Below, one piece after another: positions 28,830 to 38,160 of a DNA stretch of 64,000 nt (its first letter is position 1; the number at the start of each line of letters is the position of its first letter). The position numbers and the translations under genes were made by a program. This DNA comes from a virus (lineage: Duplodnaviria > Caudoviricetes). The notes beneath the pieces are model-generated. The model was not told where the DNA came from and ran no database searches. It was given only the letters and a program-made list of their open reading frames with translations. The stretch spans positions 29,193 through 93,192 of IMG/VR virus record IMGVR_UViG_3300001487_000106; one strand, 5' to 3'.

Positions 28830-29015
28830 ACATATCTATTTACGGTTTCATGTTGTGATTGAAATTAATCAATCACAATATCGCAATCATTAAAATCGGG
28901 ATACATTTTATTCACCTCCTTATTTTTTTAAGTATCCCGTAAATAGATAATAATACAAATAACGGTTTGTATCCTTTAAAAACCGTTATTTTTTATTTGT
29001 ATTATTTTTTATGCA
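28785..29015 (-). ncRNA. Candidate structured small RNA carrying a 13-aa sORF
   Basis: Promoter-like CCGCATA...TATATTAT at 29052-29021, several long stems, terminator at 28782-28829. Confidence 0.5.
28865..28906 (-). CDS. Small peptide MYPDFNDCDIVID
   Basis: Perfect SD AAGGAGGTG 6 nt before ATG. Confidence 0.45.
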   Translation of the reverse strand: MYPDFNDCDIVID

Positions 29016-29105
29016 AAAAAATAATATATATGTATTTATTCTGAATATGCGGTTTTATTATCATTATAACGTTACTATAATTTTTTATTGAAAGGAGACA
29101 TGATT

Positions 29106-30356
29106 ATGTCTATTGAAGAAAATACTATTAACTCGGAAATTATCAATTCAGAGGAAAATGAATCCAATCCTATGAATTATAAGGTTATAGTTGATCTTAT
29201 TAATGAAATGGAAGATCAGTATAAAACATTGAAGTCTTTAGGTGAAGAGACAATTCATACTGCATATGATCTTAAGCCGGAAACGCTTATAGATATAATT
29301 CCAATAACTAAAAATGATATAAAGGAAATGAGTAAAGAAGATGCTACAAAGTTTCTTAAAGCTCATAAATATAATATTAATATCAACGATGAACATGATC
29401 CATTAGAAGTTATGGATGCTGTTAAAGAGACTTCATTAAATATTCTTTCAGCTAAGATTGAGGCTGATAATATTCGTAAAGATTCGAAAGAAGTGCTTGA
29501 AGAATATTTTAATTATGCATCATCATCTAAAGCAAAAGAGGTCAGAATTCAGCGTCTTAATACATTAAAAGAAGCTGTTGAAAAGGAATCTGATGAGGGT
29601 AAGAAAAGAAAGATGATGCGAGAAATAAATGCAATGGAAGCATCACAAACTCTTTCATTTATTTTCGAAAGATTTAATTCAATAGGTTCTAAAGAAATTA
29701 AATCAATTAAGAATGCATTTTTTGATGCAAAACTTGGAAAAGAAATTGTTGATAGATATAAAAAGAAAATTATTAAGTTTGGTTTTGACCATAAACTTTA
29801 TAGATATTTCTTAAATCTTGAGGAGAATTTCCTTGAGGAAGAATACCATTGTTTTAATAATCTTTTCCTGTTTATATTTATGAGAGCAGTTGTTCATTAT
29901 GACCCATATAATAAGACAGACAAGCTCTATGTACAGGCTATGGTAACATCTATGACAAATCTTATTTATCATAGATTTGATTCAACTACATCAGAGGATA
30001 ATTTTGTTTCTATAATCAGAAAGGTTGTATCTTACTTTGATGAATATAGAGAATATTTTAAGGAAAATAATGAAACAGCACCCGATCATCCAACGAGAAT
30101 TGAATCAGATAATCGTTACAATAAGGAGAGGCGTGAACTCCTTATTAATAAAATGAATGAAATGAAGATAACTGATTATGATCCCAATGCATCTGCGGAT
30201 GAACTTCAGCAGTACTTAAATGACTCACTTGAGAAAATGATAAAGGAACAGCTTCCTGAGAAGAAAGAAGAAAATAATGAAAATGATATTGATGATAGTG
30301 ATACTGATGAGGTTTTTGATGAGCCTGAGAATCCAGTAATCAATGATGTAGAATAA
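29106..30356 (+). CDS. Hypothetical helical protein
   Basis: RBS gaaaggag favours ATG at 29100 or 29106; AACG-N6-TAA variant upstream. Confidence 0.75.
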   Translation: MSIEENTINSEIINSEENESNPMNYKVIVDLINEMEDQYKTLKSLGEETIHTAYDLKPETLIDIIPITKNDIKEMSKEDATKFLKAHKYNININDEHDPLEVMDAVKETSLNILSAKIEADNIRKDSKEVLEEYFNYASSSKAKEVRIQRLNTLKEAVEKESDEGKKRKMMREINAMEASQTLSFIFERFNSIGSKEIKSIKNAFFDAKLGKEIVDRYKKKIIKFGFDHKLYRYFLNLEENFLEEEYHCFNNLFLFIFMRAVVHYDPYNKTDKLYVQAMVTSMTNLIYHRFDSTTSEDNFVSIIRKVVSYFDEYREYFKENNETAPDHPTRIESDNRYNKERRELLINKMNEMKITDYDPNASADELQQYLNDSLEKMIKEQLPEKKEENNENDIDDSDTDEVFDEPENPVINDVE

Positions 30357-30374
30357 TAGATACGTAGTATTTTT

Positions 30375-30410
30375 AGAGAGATGAAGATTTTATCTTCATC
30401 TCTCTTTTTT
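30375..30410 (+). terminator. Intrinsic terminator
   Basis: agagagatgaagat / atcttcatctctct plus T run. Confidence 0.8.
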
Positions 30411-30430
30411 GTATTATCATTGATAAATAA

Positions 30431-30443
30431 AACAGAATCTTAA
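30431..30443 (+). promoter_or_regulatory. Late promoter AACA-N6-TAA
   Basis: aaca gaatct taa. Confidence 0.7.
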
Positions 30444-30473
30444 GAACTCTTCTTGTGAAAGGAGGTATAAAAA

Positions 30474-31208
30474 ATGAGTAGTTATTTTAGATCAGACCAA
30501 AAATTTATTTATCTTGAAAGACCATACTGTGAGTTTTATATACCAATGGATTATTTTGATACATCTGGTAAATTTGCAGAAGATGCTGGTCAAGTTATTA
30601 AAGTTCTTGGAATATTTAATATAGGTTTTTATGAGAATGGACAATTAGAAGAAATGAAGATATTAAATCTTCCTTCATGGATAAACGTTTATGTCTATGA
30701 TTATGAAATACGAAGAGTTGAATTACCCGGAGAACCTGTTCCAGTATCATGTAAGGTTTTAAAATTCTTCCATGGTAATAAAGTTATGGAAAGTTCAGTT
30801 ATTGAAGATAGTACAAACGCTGAAACTTATCTAGACTTTATTCTTAAAGGTAAAATACCTGCATCGGTTCCATATGATAAGTCTATTACTTTATGGAGAA
30901 AAAATCAACAAATGAATGGTGTAAATCTCGGTGTTCCTTCAGTTATTGAAGAACTGATATTATCAGCATCATATCGTGATAAAAATAATCCAACAAGTAA
31001 ATTTGCTCATGTGATTGGTAAAGACCCTAAAGGTGTATCATTATATGACTATAAAATGGCATCGGTACGACAGATATGCCAATACACGTCAACTTTCACT
31101 GCAGTAACATTTGAAGATATTGATAGTATGATTACTTCATCTCTAAATAGATCTAGAGATAAGATCCCAGAAGCTCAGTCCCCAATTGAACAAATCATTA
31201 AAATGTGA
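30474..31208 (+). CDS. Probable RNA polymerase beta' C-terminal fragment (virion RNAP)
   Basis: NGVNLGVPSVIEELILSASYRD and TSTFTAVTFEDIDSMITSS resemble bacterial RpoC GVKINDKHIEVIVRQM and [20 protein letters not shown]; late promoter. Confidence 0.55.
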   Translation: MSSYFRSDQKFIYLERPYCEFYIPMDYFDTSGKFAEDAGQVIKVLGIFNIGFYENGQLEEMKILNLPSWINVYVYDYEIRRVELPGEPVPVSCKVLKFFHGNKVMESSVIEDSTNAETYLDFILKGKIPASVPYDKSITLWRKNQQMNGVNLGVPSVIEELILSASYRDKNNPTSKFAHVIGKDPKGVSLYDYKMASVRQICQYTSTFTAVTFEDIDSMITSSLNRSRDKIPEAQSPIEQIIKM

Positions 31209-31246
31209 TGAGTATTTTTTATAGTAAAACCTATATAAATCCTCAA

Positions 31247-31259
31247 AACAAATATATAA
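31247..31259 (+). promoter_or_regulatory. Late promoter AACA-N6-TAA of the sheath-tube operon
   Basis: aaca aatata taa. Confidence 0.7.
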
Positions 31260-31327
31260 AATCTATAATTTATAGACTTTATAAAATCTATAACTAATAA
31301 AAAAATTTAAAAGGAGGTTTATAGATT

Positions 31328-34318
31328 ATGCCGCAATCTATACAGATAGTACCTAAGTACTCATATCCGTACGTTGAAACTGTAATCAATGATAATACAA
31401 AGGTTACTGAGACAAATACTGATACTAGGATTGATCCTTCAGTAACTTATGCATTTCCGTTCGTTTCATCTAAGGGTGTGGACAATGTATTTGTAAGAAA
31501 GACGTCGTACGATAGTTTTGTATCGACATATGGCACTTCTAATTATAAGAAATATGGTCAGCCTCTGATGATGCCTCTGGCACTTCTGAGAAAGCCTAAT
31601 ACTTATGTATGGGGTATGCGTGTAATGCCTGAGAATGCTACATATTCTAATGCAGTTATTTCTCTGTATTATAAGGCTGACAAAACTAATGATACCGTTA
31701 AGGCTAGCGAAAGACGCTTCCGTATGAAGTTCATAGTTAAGTTCCTTGAAGGTATCAGTGATATTGAAACATTCAATAAAAAGTATGTTGAACTTGATGG
31801 CGCAGAGTTAGTTAATGATAAGTATGTTGATGACGAGGGCTACACTCAGGCTCCTGTTATGGGTATCCGTGTTGCTGGTAGAGGCAAGTACGGCGATAAC
31901 TACTCTGTTCATATTGACACAAATAAGTCATATGAAAAAGAATACGGTATCAAAATGTATGATTTTGTCATCATGAATAATGAGGGTGGTCTTAACAAGA
32001 TTGCAACCTATACTGGTTCAATTGTTTCATCGTCTAAGTATGATGCATCAACTCTTGTTAATGATATCCTTGAAAATAGCAACATTGGCGATGTTCCGGT
32101 TTATATTTCCATGAACGAAGCTGGTGTTGAAGATGTATACGATGCATATGTATCATTCCTTACTGAACTCTATCCTTCACTTGAGGCAGAGTATGATGAG
32201 ACATTTGCTAAGTATGCTGAAATTTTTGCAAACGTATCTATTAGCAGAGAATCACTCACTAACATGGTTAATGGCAATGAGAGAGTTCCTACCGGTATTA
32301 TTGCAAAAGATGCAGACGGTAATGATGTGAAGCTCTCTGATGCTGTTTCAGAACTTCAGAAAATAATGTCGATGATAAAGGATTCTAATCCTGATAATAT
32401 TATTGACATTGACGAGTTTGACCCGTTCTTTGCAAAGAAAGTTGCAAGCACTGAATTACTTCCTTGTATCATGTATCCTTCAGAGGTTCCGAAGGGTGGT
32501 ATTCCTGCCGGTGCAAATCCTGCAGATTATACTACATCAAAGCTTATGCCTTCATTCGGCTCTGTAAAGGGTGTTGGAGTAAACTATGGTACAAATGGTT
32601 ACTTCGATAATCCCAGAATTCTTGATACTGATGGATTCATTGTAACTTCAAAGACTGTTGCAGTTGATGCTGAGGGTGAAACAGTATTCCCCAAGGAAGT
32701 TGAAGTTCCCGCAACAATCGTTAAATTCGTAGATTCAACTGATAATAGCTATTATATCAATAGTGGTACAGCTACTATTCCCGTTTATACACATTACAAT
32801 GCTGATGGCACAACTGTTCAAGTTGATGTTGTTACATTCGCAGCGGCTACATCCACTACCGAAGGTGCTCTTGAAGTTGTAGCTAATGATTATACTGGTA
32901 AAACAGTATATGCCGTAGCAACTTCTGGTGATGCTGGCGCTCTTGAAGTTGTAGCAGATGATGCTGATCCTTTTGATTCTGAAACACAGATTAAGATTAG
33001 CGATGTTACAGGCATCACTGTAAATGTTGGTGATTATGTAACCAAGACAGAGATTCCTTTTGACCCTGAAACACAGATTAAGATTGGTGAAGTTACTGGC
33101 ATCTCTGTTGTTGTTGGTGATTATGTAACCAAGACTGTGACAAAGGAAGACGAAGTTGTTAACACAGATGAAGTTACAGCTAAGATTGAAGCTGGTGAAC
33201 TTACTCGTGTTGAAGATGCTGATCCTGAAAAGACTGTTACCGTAACAAAGTATTATCGTGAAGATGGTGTTACAGAAGGTGTTGAACCTATAAATACTAA
33301 TGCTTCCAAGTATTACTATGAAGATGGTAAGGAATGCACTACTGATGTTACACAGTGGACAGTAGCACAGGAAATTGATGAATGCTATAAGAATGCATTT
33401 AACGGTACTTTTGATAGAAAGGTTCTTTCTTCAAGAAGAATTCCTGTTACTGCATGGTTTGATGCAAACTATAGTTATGAGGTTAAGCAGGTTCTTGCAG
33501 AACTTGTAGTTGTAAGAAATGATGCTCCTCTGTATCTTGACTGTGGTATTGAAATGGAGTCATTCTCTAAGTCTAATATCAATAGTCTCATTCGTGATTA
33601 TGCTATATTCAGTACTATAGGTTCTGATAAGACTGGTATTGAGAATCATTGCCTGATCTCGAAGAATACACAGCACTTCATGGTAAGAGAAACTCCTTCT
33701 CAGAAGAGAGTTAAGGTTTCCATCACTTATTTCCTTGCTCAGCAGTTTGCTGATCATGTTATTGACTATGGAACTCATATTCCTATGGTTAAAGCAAAGG
33801 CACAGCTCACTGGTCATATTAGAGATACTCTCGAGCCCTCTATTGAAGACTATGAGGCTGATCTCAAGGAAGAGCTGTATCAGAATAACTTTAACTATTT
33901 CGAGACTCTTGATGATAATGTATTCCAGAGAGCTACTCAGACAACAGCACAAACTGATCTGACTGATCTTTCTGAAGAGAATAATGTATTTACTCTTTAT
34001 GCAATCAAGAGAATAATAGAAACCGATATTCATAGTAGACTCTATGACTTTGCTGATGCAAGTGAAAGAGAGCACTTCTCTGCATTTGAAAAAGCTAAGT
34101 TCTCCGATTGGACTGGTTCCAAGGTTCTTTCAATTGATATAGAGTTTAGAGTTAATAAGTGGGAGTTTGATCGTTCTATTTTACACTGCTATGTTGCAGT
34201 TGTATTTAGAGGTCTTCAGAAGCGTGCTATTCTCGAAATTGATATCAATAAGAGAACATATGAAGATAGCACTAACACTGATGACAATGGTTCTACCACT
34301 GGAACTATTATGCTGTAA
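31328..34318 (+). CDS. Contractile tail sheath protein with a large internal insertion
   Basis: N-terminal YPYVETVIND / FVSTYG / VWGMRV, GRGKYGDN, C-terminal sheath domain (DANY..EVKQ, LSEENN, VAVVFRG); high-expression codons; followed by the tube gene. Confidence 0.82.
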   Translation: MPQSIQIVPKYSYPYVETVINDNTKVTETNTDTRIDPSVTYAFPFVSSKGVDNVFVRKTSYDSFVSTYGTSNYKKYGQPLMMPLALLRKPNTYVWGMRVMPENATYSNAVISLYYKADKTNDTVKASERRFRMKFIVKFLEGISDIETFNKKYVELDGAELVNDKYVDDEGYTQAPVMGIRVAGRGKYGDNYSVHIDTNKSYEKEYGIKMYDFVIMNNEGGLNKIATYTGSIVSSSKYDASTLVNDILENSNIGDVPVYISMNEAGVEDVYDAYVSFLTELYPSLEAEYDETFAKYAEIFANVSISRESLTNMVNGNERVPTGIIAKDADGNDVKLSDAVSELQKIMSMIKDSNPDNIIDIDEFDPFFAKKVASTELLPCIMYPSEVPKGGIPAGANPADYTTSKLMPSFGSVKGVGVNYGTNGYFDNPRILDTDGFIVTSKTVAVDAEGETVFPKEVEVPATIVKFVDSTDNSYYINSGTATIPVYTHYNADGTTVQVDVVTFAAATSTTEGALEVVANDYTGKTVYAVATSGDAGALEVVADDADPFDSETQIKISDVTGITVNVGDYVTKTEIPFDPETQIKIGEVTGISVVVGDYVTKTVTKEDEVVNTDEVTAKIEAGELTRVEDADPEKTVTVTKYYREDGVTEGVEPINTNASKYYYEDGKECTTDVTQWTVAQEIDECYKNAFNGTFDRKVLSSRRIPVTAWFDANYSYEVKQVLAELVVVRNDAPLYLDCGIEMESFSKSNINSLIRDYAIFSTIGSDKTGIENHCLISKNTQHFMVRETPSQKRVKVSITYFLAQQFADHVIDYGTHIPMVKAKAQLTGHIRDTLEPSIEDYEADLKEELYQNNFNYFETLDDNVFQRATQTTAQTDLTDLSEENNVFTLYAIKRIIETDIHSRLYDFADASEREHFSAFEKAKFSDWTGSKVLSIDIEFRVNKWEFDRSILHCYVAVVFRGLQKRAILEIDINKRTYEDSTNTDDNGSTTGTIML
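32835..33138 (+). repeat. Nested duplicated module within the sheath gene
   Basis: gctcttgaagttgtagc occurs twice and ctgaaacacagattaagatt...gttggtgattatgtaaccaagac occurs twice, in order A-A-B-B. Confidence 0.85.
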
Positions 34319-34338
34319 GAAGGATGGTGAAATGAAAT

Positions 34339-35256
34339 ATGGCACAATATGCACAGAAAGATACCGCTAAAAGTAATAGTATTACTCACAACAATTCTAT
34401 TCAGGCTGGCGGTAGCTCAATGAAAAACTTTCAGGATGCATCACTGACTGATTATGCACTGTTTTTAGGCGGTACTAATGTCACTCATGATGTGCTTGAA
34501 AAGTATGATCCTCTTAAGACTGGTTATGGTCGTTTATTTATGGTTAGAACACCTTTATTTGTCAGAGAGCTCATGCCTCCTCAGATGGGTATATTTAAGC
34601 ATATACTTGAATATGGTAATACAGCAGTTTCTGGTATAGGTGACGTTTCTGTTAACTTTGAACCTCTCAAAGGTGGTTATGTAGGTAAACAGTTTGAAAT
34701 ACCTATGACAGCTGAAGATAGTACCAATGAATTTACCGTTAAGGTTTACGAATTTTCAGGTTCACCTATTCGTGAAGTTCTTCATACATGGATTAATGGT
34801 ACAACTGACCTATTAACAGGTTTAGCAACTTACCATGGAGTTGACCCTTCAATTAAGAGAAAACAGTCTAATCAGACAGCAGAGTTTGTCTATGTTGCTA
34901 CTGATAACACTGGTGAAAAGGTTGAATATGCTTGCTTACTTGCTAACTGCTTCCCTAAGGGTTTAAACACTGACGTATTCAACTATGAGTCAGGTACACA
35001 TGGTCTTGTAGAAACTGATATCGCATTTACATGTACAAAATATGAATCGATTCAGATTAACGTCGTAGCTTGTAAGTTACTTGAAAAATATAAAATGCTT
35101 GCTAACTCACTTAACTTCTATAGTGGTTTCGAGGTTAATGTTAAAGATGGTAATGCTACACATCTTAATGTTAAGAATGGTAAGATTGAAACCGGCTTAG
35201 AAGAGGGCTCATCGAATGCAGTATTACCTGCAAGTACATGGGAATCCAAAACTTAA
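34339..35256 (+). CDS. Tail tube protein
   Basis: 305 aa directly after the sheath; YEFSGSPIREVLHTWI and ANCFP..L resemble tube-fold motifs. Confidence 0.75.
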   Translation: MAQYAQKDTAKSNSITHNNSIQAGGSSMKNFQDASLTDYALFLGGTNVTHDVLEKYDPLKTGYGRLFMVRTPLFVRELMPPQMGIFKHILEYGNTAVSGIGDVSVNFEPLKGGYVGKQFEIPMTAEDSTNEFTVKVYEFSGSPIREVLHTWINGTTDLLTGLATYHGVDPSIKRKQSNQTAEFVYVATDNTGEKVEYACLLANCFPKGLNTDVFNYESGTHGLVETDIAFTCTKYESIQINVVACKLLEKYKMLANSLNFYSGFEVNVKDGNATHLNVKNGKIETGLEEGSSNAVLPASTWESKT

Positions 35257-35264
35257 AAAAATAA

Positions 35265-35303
35265 TAATGATGGTGAAAGTAATACTTTCACCATCATTTT
35301 TTT
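35265..35303 (+). terminator. Intrinsic terminator of the sheath-tube operon
   Basis: atgatggtgaaagta / tactttcaccatcat plus T run. Confidence 0.85.
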
Positions 35304-35304
35304 A

Positions 35305-35560
35305 TAAAAAAAAGACTGCACGTATTAATATCGTTCTTTATGAATCAATACTAATACGTGCAGCCTAATTAGGGAATTTTGATTATAGTAAACATGTTAC
35401 TTTTCCTTTCCTTTCTTGGATAATTAACTAAGCGAACTAAGTTGGCACCGCAACCACGTCAAGCTCCTAACTCAATTTCTACATCACTGCAGTTGATGTT
35501 GAACTTAGCTTGTCCTTATGTGAAGACTATACGTGGCTTATAATCTTCATTATTACACTA
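35305..35560 (-). ncRNA. Candidate pseudoknotted structured RNA with an 8-aa sORF and its own terminator
   Basis: CCGTAAA...TATATCAT promoter-like site at 35594-35563; stems whose mismatches are G-U only on the minus strand; loop AGCCACGU pairs with ACGUGGUU; terminator at 35306-35365. Confidence 0.6.
35369..35395 (-). CDS. Small peptide MFTIIKIP
   Basis: Purine-rich SD gaaaggaaagga before ATG. Confidence 0.3.
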   Translation of the reverse strand: MFTIIKIP

Positions 35561-35596
35561 ATATGATATATTATTATAATTCGTTACTTTACGGAT

Positions 35597-38059
35597 TTAG
35601 TCTTCTCCTTCTTCACTATCACTATCTAAGTCAAGACCATCTATACCATCGTCTTCACCATTGTCACCATTGTTAGGATTAGGTCTAAGAGTTTCTTCTT
35701 TAACATCAATAGCAGCCTGCTCACATATTTTATTAATCCTATCCATATTAAGAAGAGGAAGTTGCTCTGCCGCATACAATTCTTTGAATCTTCTTATTTC
35801 TTTATTTATGTTAGGATTATCAGCTTCAGCCTGACCAGGGTCACCATATTTAATACCAACAACAAATTCAACCAACTGATTAAATGCATTAATAGCTTCA
35901 CCTTTAGCAGTAGATGCAACTGTTTTAGGAGGTTGTAATGCGAATTCAAAATTGTCTACCATTTGATCTGGTATATTTGTTGACCATCTCATTATCTTTT
36001 GATATAATTCAGTTATACTAGGATTAAAATCGAGTTGATAGTTAACTACTCTACCATTAAACTTAGTATTGTTTTGTTCGATGACTTTAGCGAAATCTGC
36101 TTCATTTAAATAGTTAATAATAGCCGCAGGAACACCTGTTCCCAGTATATACGAGTTCTTTAACATTTCAAGAAGTTCACTATTTAACTGTATGTCTTGA
36201 CCTGATAAAATCTCTGTTTCAATAGGCCTTTCACCAGATCTGCCAGTAGGTATGTATACTTCCGTTCCGTTACCCACTTTATTGATTAATGTGGTATAAT
36301 TAAATAAATCATACATGTTAATTTGGCGTGATTGTTTTATACGTGCAATCTCTTGTACTTTATTAGCTACGTTTTTATCAATACCAGATGTTTTTAAATA
36401 GTTTACCTTTTGATCATTACTATTTAATATAATAGACATAATTTTGAATAAAAGAAGCATTAAATAAAGTTTAGCATAGAATAATGATTTCTTTATCATT
36501 GATTGTCCGTTGCCATACTCGTCTTGGTCAATCTTGAAAGGAACTATGTACTCTACAGGAATGAACTGGAATTTAAGTCTTTTTTCATTTAAATTATAAT
36601 AGTTAATGGCTTCAACTATTGTTTCCTTAAATTTTATATTATCTTTAAGAAAATCCTTATCGAAACAATCTACTATTCTTTTTGCAATAGAATCAATTAT
36701 AGATTGCTGTTGATTTGCTTCATCAAATTTATTATAGTATAGGGTTGATGAAATCATTCCAGCAAGAGGTGTGATATCCTCTTCTTGTACATAATAATAC
36801 CCAATAGTCTGATTCATTATTTTTACAGGAATAATTTTAGTAGGTTCTATAAGTTTAAGATAGCAATCTTTAATATCTGAAAAGTCATCTTTAGCCTTTC
36901 CTCTTGATTTGGTATCATCAACAAAAGTGATACCATTTTTTGTATCATCATTGATTATCTTGTTAAATAAAGAATCAACTGATTTTTTATCTTTCCTTAC
37001 GGTTTTTGCTTCTGTGAATGTATCACCACTTTCATTAACATATTCATCCATATATGTTTTTATTGAAGCAAATCCTTCTTCCATTACAGGAAGTGGAACC
37101 GAATCATTACATATTATTACATTTTTAAGAATATTAGATACATCTTCTTTAAATTCTTTTTCTTTAGATTTTATTTCACTTTGTTTATTCTCAGGAAAAT
37201 TATTAACATATTCGGTGAAAATATCATCAATAAATTTATTATTTTTATTACCATTTTTATTACCATTTCGGGTAACAGTGCTATCTGAAACACTTTCATA
37301 TAAAGATGTTTCTTTATACATATTTCCAGTCTTTGTATTATTTTTATTTTTCATAAAATCATTAAAAATCTTTGAATATGGAATACAATATGCATAGTAC
37401 TCTCCATATTCAAGAGTTTTTGGTATAACAAAGTTTTTTATTTTTTCAAGAAGTGAAAATCGTTTCTCAAGAGACTCCACTATTGGTAAAGTATTCTCAG
37501 CATCTTCCTGATCAATTTTATCAAATTTAAGAGTTCTAGACATACGTCCTTCAACTACATCAGCTGAAACTATTGCATCACGAGTTATCAATATTGCTTC
37601 ACTTAATTCAATAAGTTGAGAAGCAACTTCGTGAAGGTCATTCTGCTCAAGAAGTCTATTTCTATATACATCATATAAAAATCCTTGTACTGCTTGCACT
37701 TCTTCTCCAGTCATAGATACAAATTGATTATCTAAAAGATTTGAAGCAGCAGTACTTTTCTTATCTGCCGAATATAATTTATTAATAAATGACGTTACAT
37801 CTTCGTCATCTTTTTGAGTCAAAACACCTATTTCTTCATGAAGAAGAGATTGAAATTTAGAATTCAATGTATCCACTTCAGAAGTTCTGTCTGTACCGTA
37901 TAAGTTTAAATTTGCTTGACCTAACATATTTTCAATTTGAGATAGATTTCTTCTAATACTCTTATCTTTTAATACAGAAGATGCTCTTTCTAATTCAGAA
38001 ATTTCAGTATTAGATTTTTTACTACCTGCTTTTTTATTATTAGTCGGCAAATTGATCAC
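35597..38059 (-). CDS. Portal protein
   Basis: 820 aa; LEYGEYYAY, GQSM, ILGTGVPAA, FALQPP motifs typical of T4-gp20/phiKZ-type portals; late promoter at 38079-38091. Confidence 0.75.
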   Translation of the reverse strand: MINLPTNNKKAGSKKSNTEISELERASSVLKDKSIRRNLSQIENMLGQANLNLYGTDRTSEVDTLNSKFQSLLHEEIGVLTQKDDEDVTSFINKLYSADKKSTAASNLLDNQFVSMTGEEVQAVQGFLYDVYRNRLLEQNDLHEVASQLIELSEAILITRDAIVSADVVEGRMSRTLKFDKIDQEDAENTLPIVESLEKRFSLLEKIKNFVIPKTLEYGEYYAYCIPYSKIFNDFMKNKNNTKTGNMYKETSLYESVSDSTVTRNGNKNGNKNNKFIDDIFTEYVNNFPENKQSEIKSKEKEFKEDVSNILKNVIICNDSVPLPVMEEGFASIKTYMDEYVNESGDTFTEAKTVRKDKKSVDSLFNKIINDDTKNGITFVDDTKSRGKAKDDFSDIKDCYLKLIEPTKIIPVKIMNQTIGYYYVQEEDITPLAGMISSTLYYNKFDEANQQQSIIDSIAKRIVDCFDKDFLKDNIKFKETIVEAINYYNLNEKRLKFQFIPVEYIVPFKIDQDEYGNGQSMIKKSLFYAKLYLMLLLFKIMSIILNSNDQKVNYLKTSGIDKNVANKVQEIARIKQSRQINMYDLFNYTTLINKVGNGTEVYIPTGRSGERPIETEILSGQDIQLNSELLEMLKNSYILGTGVPAAIINYLNEADFAKVIEQNNTKFNGRVVNYQLDFNPSITELYQKIMRWSTNIPDQMVDNFEFALQPPKTVASTAKGEAINAFNQLVEFVVGIKYGDPGQAEADNPNINKEIRRFKELYAAEQLPLLNMDRINKICEQAAIDVKEETLRPNPNNGDNGEDDGIDGLDLDSDSEEGED

Positions 38060-38078
38060 TCCTTTCAGTATTTAAATG

Positions 38079-38091
38079 TTAATTCAATGTT
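38079..38091 (-). promoter_or_regulatory. Late promoter AACA-N6-TAA
   Basis: Minus strand aaca ttgaat taa. Confidence 0.7.
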
Positions 38092-38122
38092 TTCTGATAG
38101 GAAAAATATGTAGTAAAGAATA

Positions 38123-38158
38123 ATAGAGATGTAGTGTATTCATACACTACATCTCTAT
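38123..38158 (-). terminator. Hairpin/terminator after 38161-38754
   Basis: atagagatgtagtgtat / atacactacatctctat. Confidence 0.7.
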
Positions 38159-38160
38159 GA

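Noticed and set aside
35305-35560. Assignment to hammerhead or pistol ribozymes
   Set aside because: No CUGANGA/GAAA hammerhead core, and the stem order does not fit pistol; left unassigned
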